Below, piece by piece: positions 18,793 to 29,400 of a DNA stretch of 53,849 nt. Under the pieces are notes generated by a model. That model saw nothing but the letters and a program-made list of their open reading frames with translations, was not told where the DNA came from and searched no databases. A program made the position numbers and the translations under genes. Position 1 is the stretch's first letter; every line of letters begins with the position of its first letter. Source of the stretch: Bacteroidota bacterium (GTDB taxonomy: Bacteria; Bacteroidota; Ignavibacteria; SZUA-365); the NCBI GenBank assembly GCA_018224345.1, contig JAGTUW010000059.1, positions 1-53,849 on the forward strand, written 5' to 3'.

Positions 18793-20628
18793 TTATTTGA
18801 CGATGACGTATCCCCAGGGTTCGAGGGCAATGCGTCCCGCACCGACATCAATCACGGCGGACGGTGACGAGAAGAGTGTTTCCCCTTCCAGGATGGCTGG
18901 CAGGTCAGCAGTGACCATCACCATCTCGTCGCTGAAATTCACTGCGGTGCATACGAGCCGGGTTTCATCGATACCACGCGTAAAGACGACGACCCTGTCG
19001 CTGCCCTGCACGTCGATGACGCGCAACCTGCCACGACGCAATGACTTCTCTGCTGCCCGCAGCTCGTTGAGCGCTGTATAGAGGGCACGCTCATCAAGAG
19101 TGTCGCTTTCCCAGTCGATGCCGTCCTTTTCGAACAGACTCAGCGCGTTGATGTTGCCCACTTCCTGCCCGTTGTAAATCATGGGGACACCGGGGAGCAT
19201 ATGCAGAAACACGGCAGCGGCACGTGCCGGCTCGATCCCAAGCAGCAGCGGCGGTGGTGCTTCGTAAAAGTGCTTATCGTGATTTGTCAGAAAGCGCAGC
19301 CGCAATGCGTTACGGGGATAGTTAAAGCGTTCCCGGAGCAACAATTGCCCGAGTGTCGCTGCGGGAAGTTTGCCCTGTATCACCGGTAACAACGCATCAT
19401 AGGTGTTCCAGGCATAGGTAAGATCGAAGGCCTCGATATGAAGCTTCGGATCATCACCTTCCGCAAGCATGAGCACGGGCTTGACCTTTCGCAACCCTGC
19501 AATGGCGTCGACCCAGAAATCGTACGGTACCATTTCAGCAACATCACAGCGGAAGCCGTCAATTCCAATGTCACGCACCCAGAACAGCATCATTTCCTTC
19601 ATCCAGCTTCGCAGTCCAGGCTCCGCATAGTTCAGATCCGCTCCATCGGTCCAATCCGGATTCGGTGCGAGGATACGCCCTTCCTCATCACGCATGTACC
19701 ACTCAGGATGTTCGTCGACAAGCGGGTTGTCCCGCGCCGTATGATGAGCGACGAGGTCGATAATCAAATGCATCCCATGTACATGTGCCTCGGCGACAAG
19801 CGATTTGAAATCGTCGAGTGTCCCGTATTCCGGGTTGACGGCATAGTAATCACGGACGGCGTAGGGACTTCCGCCGCCGCCCTTTCTACCGATTTCCCCT
19901 ATCGGATGAATCGGCATCAGCCAAAGCACCGTCACGCCCATCTCACGGAGTTCCGGCAGACGCTGCTGCACCGCCTCGAACGTCCCTTCCCCGGAGAAGG
20001 CGCGTGGATACACCTGATAGATCACGGCATCACGGACCCAGGCCGCGCTTTCCACCGGTGCCATCGTATAATATTCGCTACGCCACAACTCTTCGTCGTC
20101 GATAAAGGCTCGCAATTCCACCGCCCCGATCAATCCTTCCGGTCCCCATCGATTCCTGATGCGCAGGGCGAGGACATTTCCGCGTTCACGCAGAATATCT
20201 GTAATATCAAAATACAGGCGCCGTCCATAGTTGCGCTCTTCTCCGATCCTTTCACCGTTGAGCCAGATCATCGCATCGTCACTGATAGTCTCGAACAGAA
20301 GTGCGAAGGAGTGGGTGGTATCGATTTCCGCATCGAAATGTCTCAGATACCAGGTAAAACCGTCGGCATGCAGATAATCCCGCTGCATATCCCAGTTCCC
20401 GGGTGCGGCGATGGAGTCCCAGCGGGCGGTGTGTTCGCCGAGATACCACTTGTTCTTCACACCGCGATTCTCTGCATCGACGCGAAAGCGCCATGTGCCG
20501 TCCAGAAGAAGTCTGTACCTGTTGACAGTCATCTCATTGCCGTCCTTGATTCTGCAGGAGACACCCACGAGCAACACGCAGAGCAGCAGTATGAACGTGC
20601 GGATCGAAATCCATGATGTGCGCTTCAT
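18793..20628 (-). CDS. Exported GH13 alpha-amylase-family glycosidase with an N-terminal galactose-binding-like (GH2-N-type) domain
   Basis: I chose the ATG at 20628 (AAGGAG lies 6 nt upstream) rather than the TTG at 20655. The signal peptide is MKRTSWISIRTFILLLCVLLVGVSC. The N-domain reads WRFRVD...W..I..PGNW...FTWY...IWLNGERIG. GH13 blocks follow: VIYQVYPRAF, LWLMPIHP, YAVRDYY, GMHLIIDLVAHHTA and GFRCDVAEMVP. Confidence 0.88.
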   Translation of the reverse strand: MKRTSWISIRTFILLLCVLLVGVSCRIKDGNEMTVNRYRLLLDGTWRFRVDAENRGVKNKWYLGEHTARWDSIAAPGNWDMQRDYLHADGFTWYLRHFDAEIDTTHSFALLFETISDDAMIWLNGERIGEERNYGRRLYFDITDILRERGNVLALRIRNRWGPEGLIGAVELRAFIDDEELWRSEYYTMAPVESAAWVRDAVIYQVYPRAFSGEGTFEAVQQRLPELREMGVTVLWLMPIHPIGEIGRKGGGGSPYAVRDYYAVNPEYGTLDDFKSLVAEAHVHGMHLIIDLVAHHTARDNPLVDEHPEWYMRDEEGRILAPNPDWTDGADLNYAEPGLRSWMKEMMLFWVRDIGIDGFRCDVAEMVPYDFWVDAIAGLRKVKPVLMLAEGDDPKLHIEAFDLTYAWNTYDALLPVIQGKLPAATLGQLLLRERFNYPRNALRLRFLTNHDKHFYEAPPPLLLGIEPARAAAVFLHMLPGVPMIYNGQEVGNINALSLFEKDGIDWESDTLDERALYTALNELRAAEKSLRRGRLRVIDVQGSDRVVVFTRGIDETRLVCTAVNFSDEMVMVTADLPAILEGETLFSSPSAVIDVGAGRIALEPWGYVIVK

Positions 20629-20651
20629 GATCTTCTCCTTGGCTACAATGC

Positions 20652-21794
20652 TCAATCGCCGAATGAAATGCCGAGGTCGCGGGCGGTCAACATCGTATCA
20701 CTGTCAAGCGACACGACTTTCATTCGGCTCGTGGCCTTTTTCAGCGGGACATAACGTACCGTCGGCGGATCGAGTGCAACCATGATACCACTCTCCCCCT
20801 CTGCGAGAGCGCGGATCGCTGCGGCACCGAAACGCAGTGAGAGCAGGCGATCGAATGTGGTCGGAGTCCCGCCCCGTTGCAGATGACCGAGGACGACATA
20901 GCGCGACTCCTGGCCGGTGATTTTCTGCAGTTGCTTTGCAATCGTTTCACCTACTCCTCCGAGGCGCTCGGATCGACCGATCTCTTTTTCAACCACACTG
21001 CGTGTCCCGCCCTTCGGCTTCGCCCCCTCCGCCACGGCGATAATGGAAAACCGTTTCCCCTGTTCTACGCGCTCGATGGTTTTGCGGGCAATGATATCGA
21101 TGTCATAGGGAATTTCGGGGATCAATATCGCATCGGCCGTGCCGGCAATACCCGCATGCAGTGCGATCCAGCCTGCATAGCGCCCCATCATCTCGACGAC
21201 CATGATACGCCGATGCGCTTCGGCCGTTGAGTGCAATCGGTCAAGACATTCCGTTGCAAATGAAACGGCAGTATCAAAACCGAAGGTGGCGACTGTCTCG
21301 CTCAAATCATTGTCAATGGTTTTCGGTACACCGATGATGCGCAGCCCTTTCTCATAGAGCGCATTGGCGATCATAAGAGACCCATCTCCGCCGATAGCGA
21401 TCACTGCGTCGATTTTCTGCTTTTTGCAGCCACGGACAATTTCCATACTGCGATCAACGAATTTGTAACTCCCGTCCTTCTGCCGGACCGGAAACTCCAG
21501 AGGATCGCCCTTGTTCGTGGTTCCGAGTATGGTGCCGCCAAGATGCGTAATTCCACGAACCGACTCGAGCGAGAGAGGGATCAGTCCACCATCCGGGTAA
21601 TCTTCGGGCATGAGTATTCCGTTGTAACCTTCCCGGATGCCGACCACTTCCCAGCCGCGTCGGAGCGCACCGATAGTCACCGCGCGGATGACAGCGTTGA
21701 GTCCGGGAGCGTCACCACCCCCGGTACTGATGGCAATACGGCGGATACGTGGATTACGGGCGTTTCTGCGTTTTCTTGTGGAATCGGAAGACAT
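20652..21794 (-). CDS. pfkA: 6-phosphofructokinase (ATP- or PPi-dependent not decidable here)
   Basis: RIAISTGGGDAPGLNAVIRAV, IGGDGSL, PKTIDNDL and MGRYAGWIAL are present. It lies 23 nt upstream of the GH13 gene on the same strand. Confidence 0.92.
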   Translation of the reverse strand: MSSDSTRKRRNARNPRIRRIAISTGGGDAPGLNAVIRAVTIGALRRGWEVVGIREGYNGILMPEDYPDGGLIPLSLESVRGITHLGGTILGTTNKGDPLEFPVRQKDGSYKFVDRSMEIVRGCKKQKIDAVIAIGGDGSLMIANALYEKGLRIIGVPKTIDNDLSETVATFGFDTAVSFATECLDRLHSTAEAHRRIMVVEMMGRYAGWIALHAGIAGTADAILIPEIPYDIDIIARKTIERVEQGKRFSIIAVAEGAKPKGGTRSVVEKEIGRSERLGGVGETIAKQLQKITGQESRYVVLGHLQRGGTPTTFDRLLSLRFGAAAIRALAEGESGIMVALDPPTVRYVPLKKATSRMKVVSLDSDTMLTARDLGISFGD

Positions 21795-21908
21795 ACGAAT
21801 TACCGAATTCTTGTTCTGGGATACTTCACGAAAGAAATCTACAATGTTCCGGGCCCTTCAGCAAACGTGCATCATTCGGTCGTCCCGGCAGTACGATGCT
21901 CTTCCTCT

Positions 21909-22218
21909 TCAAACAAGGATTTTTCCGTGCTGTTGAGTACCGCCAGAAAGTCCACAAAGATCTTCGTACGGAGTATCGTATCGACCGCGCGCGTTCATAC
22001 CGAAGCCGATCGCCAGTGATTCCCGCTTTTTAAAACCCATCATTCTGCTCGCGACAATACTGCCGGGTATTTTTCCAATACTGGCGATGAGCAGCACAAT
22101 CAGGACGAGTACGATATCGAAATGCGCAATGACATCGACCTGCAATCCGATGGATGCGAAAAACATAGTCCAGGATCTTTTTCGTTCGCTCCCGCCGGAT
22201 GCGTGATAAAGCGGTCAC
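21909..22218 (-). pseudogene. Degraded internal fragment of a CPA2-type cation/proton antiporter gene
   Basis: FFASIGLQVDV...LLIASIGKIPGSIVASRMMGFKKRESLAIGFGMNARG matches the conserved Na+/H+-exchanger-family segment. An adjacent frame upstream reads TALSRIRRERTKKILDYVF and would join after a 1-nt frameshift near 22165. No TM-like continuation exists on either side. Confidence 0.55.
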
Positions 22219-22458
22219 GCAGCGTCAACATGCTTGCTGCGGAAACACTATGCAAGGCAGTGCGGTCATCCATTCCGCATCCGCTGCGCTTCCCACTGCT
22301 GTCCTCGGGCTTCGCTGATTACCGAGGCCATCGGCTTTCGTGCGGGATTGGTTATTTTAGGGTGAGGCCATACAGCCATACAGGGAAACTTGCTCGGACC
22401 CGGACGTTTCAGTACATTGCCGTGTTCACCGAAAACCTCATCTCAGCAGTGTACACCC

Positions 22459-23250
22459 ATGGCAGAATACCAGAAACACCTTTACATGATCATTTTCCCG
22501 ATCAACGCATTGGTCGCCTCGCAACTTGATCCCAAAGCCTTCGCGCAGCATTACACGATAGGGAGCGCCCGTCATTTTCAGGGAAAAGTGATTTTTGCCG
22601 AACTGGATCTCTCGTTTCGTGATCCATACTTCAGGATTGACGAGTATCTTGAGAAAACCGTTCCTCATGAAGACGGCTCACCAAAGCGCACGAAGTTTAT
22701 CGCTTCCTATCGCGTTCTGGAGCATGTCCCCTTCGAGTTCATTCAGAAACTCTACCTCGTGACAGTCAGCGGCAAGGCCCTCGAATTGACCCCTGGCCCG
22801 TACGAAGCGAAGAATGTCCCTGGTCTGATACGGATTTTCCAGGAAATCGCTCCCGTGCGCAATCTCATCGCTTCACGGCTCGATCAGCGCTCGTTCGGAA
22901 AATACATCACAGAGGATGTCGCCAAGGGTGCCGAGCGCTTCTGTTTTACACAGATCGATCTGAACATCGAGGAGTTCCTCGCGGAAAGTCGCCACCGCGA
23001 GATCATCGTTTCCCCAATTCCTGAAAGCAATCCATACCGCCTGCTTGACTGTCTGACCGAACTCGAGCAATATCCCGAGAAATTTGTAAAGACGATCAGT
23101 CTGTCTTCGGTTCTGCACAGCATCTCCTATCGTGTCCTGCGTCATGGATTCTGGTTCTACGACAGTGAGGGAAATTCCCTGTTCTTTCCCATTCCTGGCA
23201 GACACGAAATGGAAACTACGCATTACGAATGGTGGAAGAACGCACGATAA
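22459..23250 (+). CDS. Hypothetical protein (263 aa) with an internal duplication
   Basis: I chose the ATG at 22459 ([13 protein letters not shown]). The halves align: [27 protein letters not shown] / [14 protein letters not shown] against [30 protein letters not shown] / [14 protein letters not shown]. No family is recognised. A clean terminator follows the gene. Confidence 0.7.
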   Translation: MAEYQKHLYMIIFPINALVASQLDPKAFAQHYTIGSARHFQGKVIFAELDLSFRDPYFRIDEYLEKTVPHEDGSPKRTKFIASYRVLEHVPFEFIQKLYLVTVSGKALELTPGPYEAKNVPGLIRIFQEIAPVRNLIASRLDQRSFGKYITEDVAKGAERFCFTQIDLNIEEFLAESRHREIIVSPIPESNPYRLLDCLTELEQYPEKFVKTISLSSVLHSISYRVLRHGFWFYDSEGNSLFFPIPGRHEMETTHYEWWKNAR

Positions 23251-23310
23251 CGCTTCCCGATAGATCGTCAGCACCTCCATCAGATCGCAATCGCCCCCGT
23301 GCGATCTCTC

Positions 23311-23346
23311 AAAGACGGGCCTCCTCACGGCCCGTCTTTCTTTTTC
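23311..23346 (+). terminator. Rho-independent terminator
   Basis: An 11-bp perfect stem (aaagacgggcc / ggcccgtcttt) encloses a 7-nt loop and is followed by a T-rich run. Confidence 0.8.
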
Positions 23347-23396
23347 CTTTCATTTTGTATATTGAACTACTTGCAATATTTATCCGGAGATATGAA

Positions 23397-25664
23397 ATGA
23401 CAGCGAACCTTGACATGATTCAGCGTGTATATTCCACCCTTCCTGACAGCATCGCTTCCGCGAGAACCCTGCTGGGCAGGTCTCTGACATATACCGAAAA
23501 AATTCTCTATGCGCATCTCCGGGAGGAACCTGCCGTCCCGTTACAGCGGGGTGCTGACTACGCAGATTTCGGACCCGATCGCGTGGCCATGCAGGACGCC
23601 ACAGCACAGATGGCGTTATTGCAGTTCATGAGTGCAGGCATCCCAACCGTCGCCGTACCCAGCACCGTACACTGCGATCATCTCATTCTCGCCGAACACG
23701 GCGCTGTGAAGGACCTGGCCTCCTCGATCGAAACAAATCGCGAAGTCTTTGACTTTCTCGCTTCCGTGTCACGAAAATTCGGCATCGGCTTCTGGAAGCC
23801 CGGTGCCGGCATTATCCACCAGGTGGTGCTGGAAAACTATGCCTTTCCCGGTGGCTTGATGATAGGAACAGATTCACACACACCCAATGCCGGCGGACTT
23901 GGTATGATCGCCGTGGGCGTCGGTGGTGCTGACGCTGTCGATGTCATGGCGGGTATGCCGTGGGAAGTGAAATTTCCCAAACTCATCGGTGTACGCCTGA
24001 CAGGAAGAATGAGCGGGTGGACATCGCCGAAGGATGTCATTCTCAAACTCGCCGGCATGCTCACTGTCAAAGGCGGTACCGGCGCCATCGTCGAATATTT
24101 CGGTGAAGGCTGCGCATCAATCTCAGCTACGGGCAAGGGCACGATATGCAACATGGGAGCCGAAATCGGCGCGACAACTTCAGTCTTTCCCTATGATGCA
24201 AAAATGAGTGCCTATCTGCGCAGCACCGACCGCGCGGATCTCGCCGATCTTGCCGACGCACTGTCCGGCCACCTGAAATGCGACGATGAGGTGGCGTCCG
24301 ATCCTGAGACATATTACGATCAGGTCGTCCACATTGATTTAAACACACTTGAGCCCCATATCAACGGCCCCTTTACTCCGGACCGTGCGCACACGATTTC
24401 GGAATTCGCCGCTGCGGTACGTGAGAACAGCTGGCCGGAGGAATTGCGCGTGGCGTTGATCGGATCGTGTACGAATTCGAGTTATGAAGACATTGACCGG
24501 GTAGCTGCGATTGCGCGTCAGGCAAGGGAGAAAGGGTTACGGGCAAAATCGGAATTCACCATCACACCCGGATCGGAACAGGTACGCGCCACTATTGAGC
24601 GCGATGGACAGCTGGAATTGCTTGAAAGTATCGGTGGTCAGGTGCTGGCCAACGCCTGCGGTCCCTGCATCGGACAGTGGAAACGGCATGATGTGCAGAA
24701 GGGAGACCGCAATTCCATCATCACTTCGTTCAACCGGAATTTTACCGGAAGAAATGACGGGAATCCGGACACCCATGCCTTTGTCGCCGGTCCGGAAACT
24801 GTCGCCGCATTCGCACTGGCAGGGTCTCTCACCTTTGATTTCACAAAGGATACGCTGGTCAACGACAAAGGCGAGGAAGTACGACTCGATCCGCCGACAG
24901 GCGAGGAGCTTCCGGGCAACGGCTTTATCACTGAGTCGGCAGGGTTCATTCCCCCCGCCAGGGATGGAAGTTCAGTCGATGTCATCGTCGATCCCGAAAG
25001 CAACCGGCTTCAGATACTGACGCCCTTTTCTCCCCCCGAAGCGGAGGAGTACGATAACCTGCATCTTCTGTTGAAGGTGCGCGGGAAATGTACTACCGAC
25101 CATATTTCGATGGCAGGGCCATGGTTGCGCTTCCGCGGACATCTTGACAACATATCCAATAACATGTTCATCGGTGCCATCAATGAATTCAACGGTGTCG
25201 CCAACAAAGCCAAAAATCAGATCACCGGAGACTATGACGAAGTACCCGAGGTGGCACGTGCTTACAAGGCGGCAGGAAGAGGCTGGGTCGTTGTCGGTGA
25301 CGAAAATTACGGGGAGGGGTCGAGTCGTGAACACGCGGCGATGGAACCGCGGCATCTCGGTGGCAAGGCGATTATCGTCAAGTCCTTCGCCCGTATCCAT
25401 GAAACAAATCTCAAGAAACAGGGCATGCTACCCTTGACGTTTCATAATCCGGCGGACTATGCGAAGATCCAGGAGGACGATCGTATTTCATTGAATGTCA
25501 GCGAATTGGCCCCCGGGGCCCCTCTGACCATGACTGTACAGCATGCAGACGGGAGCAGTGATCAGGTCATCGTGCAACATACGATGAACGCACAACAGAT
25601 CGAATGGTGGAAAGCGGGTTCCGCACTGAATCTCATCGCAGCCCGGCAGAAGGAAAAACAGTAA
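23397..25664 (+). CDS. Aconitate hydratase, ~755-aa mitochondrial-type
   Basis: I chose the ATG at 23397 ([12 protein letters not shown]). Motifs present: [60 protein letters not shown] and [10 protein letters not shown]. Confidence 0.93.
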   Translation: MTANLDMIQRVYSTLPDSIASARTLLGRSLTYTEKILYAHLREEPAVPLQRGADYADFGPDRVAMQDATAQMALLQFMSAGIPTVAVPSTVHCDHLILAEHGAVKDLASSIETNREVFDFLASVSRKFGIGFWKPGAGIIHQVVLENYAFPGGLMIGTDSHTPNAGGLGMIAVGVGGADAVDVMAGMPWEVKFPKLIGVRLTGRMSGWTSPKDVILKLAGMLTVKGGTGAIVEYFGEGCASISATGKGTICNMGAEIGATTSVFPYDAKMSAYLRSTDRADLADLADALSGHLKCDDEVASDPETYYDQVVHIDLNTLEPHINGPFTPDRAHTISEFAAAVRENSWPEELRVALIGSCTNSSYEDIDRVAAIARQAREKGLRAKSEFTITPGSEQVRATIERDGQLELLESIGGQVLANACGPCIGQWKRHDVQKGDRNSIITSFNRNFTGRNDGNPDTHAFVAGPETVAAFALAGSLTFDFTKDTLVNDKGEEVRLDPPTGEELPGNGFITESAGFIPPARDGSSVDVIVDPESNRLQILTPFSPPEAEEYDNLHLLLKVRGKCTTDHISMAGPWLRFRGHLDNISNNMFIGAINEFNGVANKAKNQITGDYDEVPEVARAYKAAGRGWVVVGDENYGEGSSREHAAMEPRHLGGKAIIVKSFARIHETNLKKQGMLPLTFHNPADYAKIQEDDRISLNVSELAPGAPLTMTVQHADGSSDQVIVQHTMNAQQIEWWKAGSALNLIAARQKEKQ

Positions 25665-25677
25665 ACGCAGGAAGAAT

Positions 25678-25721
25678 CCGGCCGTCAGAAGCGATACCGC
25701 ATCGCGGGCCGGTTTCTTTCT
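25678..25721 (+). terminator. Possible terminator hairpin between convergent genes
   Basis: ccggcc...ggccgg forms a 6-bp outer stem around an inner gcgat/atcgc hairpin, followed by tttctttctc. The structure is weak. Confidence 0.35.
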
Positions 25722-26261
25722 CTACTTGACAAGTGCTGAGATGGCCTTGAATTCCCCGGTGCCGGATTCGCGAAGTAATTCAAACAACACCATTTCCGTG
25801 CCTGTTTTTCTGGCTCCCAGAGAAGTGCATACATCAACGCCGAGTTTCCAATTCTCCTCGTTGCGGCTGGAGACGGCATCCGCTACCAGATGAACATTGT
25901 ACCCGAGTGCGAGCAGGTCGCGGGCCGTCTGGTAGACGCATACATGCGATTCGATGCCGCAGATGATAATATCGGTCTTGTGCAACTCCGTCAATTTGCT
26001 TTCGAACGCGAACGCTCCGCAACAACTGAAAGTGTCCTTTTCAATCACTGCCTTCGAGTCAAGCAACGCTGCGACAGGAGCCACAGTATGTCCGAGACCT
26101 TGCGGATACTGTTCGGTCGCCACGATCGGGATGCCCAATATTGTCATACCTTCAATGAGAATCCGGATATTCTTTTGCATCACTTCGGAACGCCAGGCCT
26201 TCTCGGCCAGCTTTCCCTGCACGTCGATGACGAGCAGCATGGAATGTGCGGGTGTCAACAT
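25722..26261 (-). CDS. Isochorismatase-family cysteine hydrolase
   Basis: LLVIDVQ is present, as is the catalytic Cys context IIICGIESHVCVYQTARDL. GAGGAG lies upstream of the ATG. Confidence 0.85.
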   Translation of the reverse strand: MLTPAHSMLLVIDVQGKLAEKAWRSEVMQKNIRILIEGMTILGIPIVATEQYPQGLGHTVAPVAALLDSKAVIEKDTFSCCGAFAFESKLTELHKTDIIICGIESHVCVYQTARDLLALGYNVHLVADAVSSRNEENWKLGVDVCTSLGARKTGTEMVLFELLRESGTGEFKAISALVK

Positions 26262-26270
26262 GATAGCTCC

Positions 26271-27140
26271 TCAATCTGGCTGTTCCTGTGAATGGTCCTG
26301 CTCACGAGCGGTCTTCCGCTTCTCTCCCGATGTATTCTCTTCCGCCATGACGGCCTTTTGCTCCACCTCGGCGACACATTGTTCGAAATAATCACGTCGC
26401 TCCGGATGCCGTTGCGCCAGGCGACTGTAGCCATCGATCGCCTCCTGCCAGCGCCCCTGCTGTATATAAATTTCAACCAGGGTTTCTGTGACGGGACGGG
26501 CATCGAGATTGATTGTCTCAATCGCTTTATCCTCCACGCCGGAGTCTTCGGTTTCCTCTTCCGGAAGGGAGGAAATCCGCGCACCTTCGAGACGCTGTGC
26601 GAGGGCGGCCAGATCCATCCCCGAAGATGAATCCCCGAAAGGTCTGGCGGAAGGTGCAGCGTCTCCGGTATCGCTCTCACTTTCCGGGATTTCATCAGTG
26701 CCGCCCGACGGAAAATATTCCATACCCGGGATGATGTCGTCCTGCCTGCTCCACTGAACACGGCGGTCCTGTGCTGTCTCACGTGTGGGATTATGACGCG
26801 CAATGAGCAGGCCGGCCGTCGCTGTATAGGGTGGATATTCCAGTTCCAGTTCCGTCATACGATCAAGCAATTGCAGTGCTGCCGCGCAGGAGGGCAGCAG
26901 CTGCAGCAACTCCCGCAAGGTCTGTCGTGCGTCACTGTACTGGCGTAGCATCACCTGTGCGCGTGCGATCATCAACAGGCCGGTCGGATAGTCAGGATAT
27001 CGCTTGATACTCTGGAGGCAGAGCTTCAATGCCTGCGCGGGACGATTTCGTTCCATGTACAGCGCGGCAAGTCGCGCGAACAGCGGAGATGCGGGATGTG
27101 CATCGAGATGTTGTTCCAGGGCAGCAATATCGTCAAACAT
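26271..27140 (-). CDS. Tetratricopeptide-repeat protein with an acidic central linker
   Basis: TPR-like helices occur at both ends (ARLAALYMERNRPAQALKLCLQSIKRYPDYPTG... and LVEIYIQQGRWQEAIDGYSRLAQRHPE). GAGGA lies 5 nt upstream of the ATG. Confidence 0.75.
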   Translation of the reverse strand: MFDDIAALEQHLDAHPASPLFARLAALYMERNRPAQALKLCLQSIKRYPDYPTGLLMIARAQVMLRQYSDARQTLRELLQLLPSCAAALQLLDRMTELELEYPPYTATAGLLIARHNPTRETAQDRRVQWSRQDDIIPGMEYFPSGGTDEIPESESDTGDAAPSARPFGDSSSGMDLAALAQRLEGARISSLPEEETEDSGVEDKAIETINLDARPVTETLVEIYIQQGRWQEAIDGYSRLAQRHPERRDYFEQCVAEVEQKAVMAEENTSGEKRKTAREQDHSQEQPD

Positions 27141-27367
27141 GTTTCCTCATGCCGTTTCTTCTCGAACGGATATCGCGTCGCCGACGGGTTGTCTAACCCT
27201 GCGGTGAAATACCGATGCTCTGCGTTCTGTTCCGGTCTGTTTCCATTCGCCGCCCATGGCCTGTATCCGCGCGAGAACATACATCGTGCACATGATGCGG
27301 AATAGTCCACAGAGGCAGCTGTTACCGCCTCCGCGATACAGACCCGCATTGAAATCGACGCAGTGTG

Positions 27368-28831
27368 TCAGACGCCTCCGGGATTGAGGGCGTGACGGAT
27401 CGAAAGAAAGCCGACCAGAAAGAAACCAAAAAAGAAAAGAAGCTGAAATGGCAGGGCTGCTATCTCCAAAAACCAGATCGAGGCGACCACACCGATCATA
27501 CAATAAGCTGCCAGTACGAGCTCGAAGATGATTGACAGCGATATTTTCTTCGTGGTTGCGTGATATTTTTTATTCTTCCAGGTATCCTTCTCCGTCTCGA
27601 TACGGAATTTCGGCGTGCGAATAAATGCGCTCTTCCGATTGAAGAGCCCTTCGATGACAGCACGAGAGTTGTTTACCGAGAAGCCCATACTTCCCGACAT
27701 GAACAGCGGAAAAAGAAAAATCCGCTTCTTCCAGTCCGTGTACACATCTTTCTGCGAATACAGGTAGAACAGGAAGGTGCTGATGAACGCCAGCACAAAA
27801 ACCGACATGAAGGCGAAGAACGTTTCGTGACCGCCCGCATGCTTGATGAAGACGAGCGGGACATTCAATATGCCGACAAGCAGGATAAAGGGAAATACGA
27901 GATTGTTCGTCAGATGTACAGTGGACTGCAGCTTGATACGGAGAGGCAATTTGGACTTCCAGACGCGGGGCAGGATTTTCCGCGCGGTTTCAATCGCACC
28001 CTTCGTCCAGCGAAACTGCTGCGATTTGAGCGCATTGATTTCGGATGGAAGTTCGGCGGGAGAAGTCACATCGTTAAGAAACACAAAGCGCCAGCCCTTG
28101 AGCTGCGCCCTGTAACTCAGATCCAGATCCTCTGTCAACGTATCGGCTTCCCAGTTTCCGGCGTCCTCAATACAGGAACGTCGCCAGATGCCGGCAGTCC
28201 CATTGAAATTGATGAAGAAACCGGATTTGTTGCGTACCTGTTGCTCAATCACAAAGTGACCATCGAGGGCAATACCCTGGGCCCTGGTCAGGAGTGAAAA
28301 CTCATTGTTGAGATGCTCCCATCGCGTCTGCACCATACCGATACGATCATCGGTGAAATGACGAAGCGTTTGTTGCAGAAAATTCGGATTGGGCACAAAA
28401 TCGGCATCAAAAATGGCGAGGAACTCACCCTTGGCACACTCCATGCCATGACGGAGTGCGCCCGCCTTGAAGCCAACCCTGTCCTCACGCCGAATCTGCA
28501 CGATGTCAAAGCCCTCTTCGCGTTTGCGTTCAACGATGGCTGCAACGACATCGACTGTTTCATCGGTGGAATCATCAAGAACCTGAATCTCAAGTCTGTC
28601 TTTGGGATAATCCAACAGGCAAACGGCATCAATGAGCCGCTCAACAACATACAGCTCGTTGTACACCGGGAGCTGGACGGTGACCATGGGGGTGTCGTCC
28701 AAGGTTGTTTTCCCGACCGGAATCTTCTCCTTGTTCCTGAAATAGTAAAAGATCATCACGAAACCGTGTGATCCAAACAGGAACAGGATGCTCAGCGAGA
28801 ATACGTATGCACCCAGTATAAAATCTTCCAT
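27368..28831 (-). CDS. Membrane-bound processive family-2 glycosyltransferase (CesA/CslA-like, Q-x-x-RW)
   Basis: VTVQLPVYNE, QVLDDSTD, FDADFVP, QTRW and QQFRWTKG are present, with N- and C-terminal TM helices. Confidence 0.88.
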   Translation of the reverse strand: MEDFILGAYVFSLSILFLFGSHGFVMIFYYFRNKEKIPVGKTTLDDTPMVTVQLPVYNELYVVERLIDAVCLLDYPKDRLEIQVLDDSTDETVDVVAAIVERKREEGFDIVQIRREDRVGFKAGALRHGMECAKGEFLAIFDADFVPNPNFLQQTLRHFTDDRIGMVQTRWEHLNNEFSLLTRAQGIALDGHFVIEQQVRNKSGFFINFNGTAGIWRRSCIEDAGNWEADTLTEDLDLSYRAQLKGWRFVFLNDVTSPAELPSEINALKSQQFRWTKGAIETARKILPRVWKSKLPLRIKLQSTVHLTNNLVFPFILLVGILNVPLVFIKHAGGHETFFAFMSVFVLAFISTFLFYLYSQKDVYTDWKKRIFLFPLFMSGSMGFSVNNSRAVIEGLFNRKSAFIRTPKFRIETEKDTWKNKKYHATTKKISLSIIFELVLAAYCMIGVVASIWFLEIAALPFQLLFFFGFFLVGFLSIRHALNPGGV

Positions 28832-28872
28832 AACCTAGTTTTCACCTCAGAAGAGTGTGTGAAAAGACAAAA

Positions 28873-29400
28873 TTACCACGCAGATACCGTCTCCAGCAAG
28901 AGATCATCGGTCAGGTTTTCCAATGCTATCGCAAGCCCCTGCGCACGGCCATCCTGCCCTGATCCGGCAGGATAATCACCAGTGGCAGAAAAATCCTTGC
29001 TCCAGACTTCTTTGTTGGTTGTGTGGTCAATGAGCGTGGCTCGTGTTCTCAGCGCAACTTGCATCCGTGTCGCCTGTGCGCCATCGGAAACTGCGGTGGG
29101 CTGATCCGCTGTTACGGAAATGATCGTACCTTTCAGTTCGACGGTTGCTGACTGCCGGTCCGAAAGCCGCAGTGTGTTGTCACGCTGAAATTTCTGAATC
29201 AGCATGTTTGTCACATCCTCGCGCAACGAGGGCTGACCGTAATTGCTTTCGTCGTCAAACAGTGGAATGGTGATGCTTTTCCAATGCGCAGGTACCGAGG
29301 CGCCGGTAAAAGAATAGGCGCACCCACTGATGGAAGCAGCACCAATCCATATGGGACTAAGATACAAGATAATCCAAAATGAACGCAAGCGCTGAGTCAT
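28873..29400 (-). CDS. lptE: LptE-like outer-membrane lipoprotein
   Basis: A signal peptide with lipobox (AASISGC) is followed by [10 protein letters not shown]...ITIPLFDD, as in FCB-group LptE proteins I remember. The start overlaps the upstream activator stop (ATGA). Confidence 0.6.
   Translation of the reverse strand: MTQRLRSFWIILYLSPIWIGAASISGCAYSFTGASVPAHWKSITIPLFDDESNYGQPSLREDVTNMLIQKFQRDNTLRLSDRQSATVELKGTIISVTADQPTAVSDGAQATRMQVALRTRATLIDHTTNKEVWSKDFSATGDYPAGSGQDGRAQGLAIALENLTDDLLLETVSAW

Noticed and set aside
27141-27367. A 227-bp non-coding gap inside a co-directional gene string. On the minus strand it contains CAGACCGGAACAGAACGCAG, which is reminiscent of the SRP (4.5S) RNA helix-8 motif.
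   Set aside because: The GGAA tetraloop would be closed by a C-C mismatch, and no extended helix could be drawn by eye. It is more likely an internal promoter and 5'-UTR of the TPR gene. A covariance-model scan (Rfam) would settle the question.
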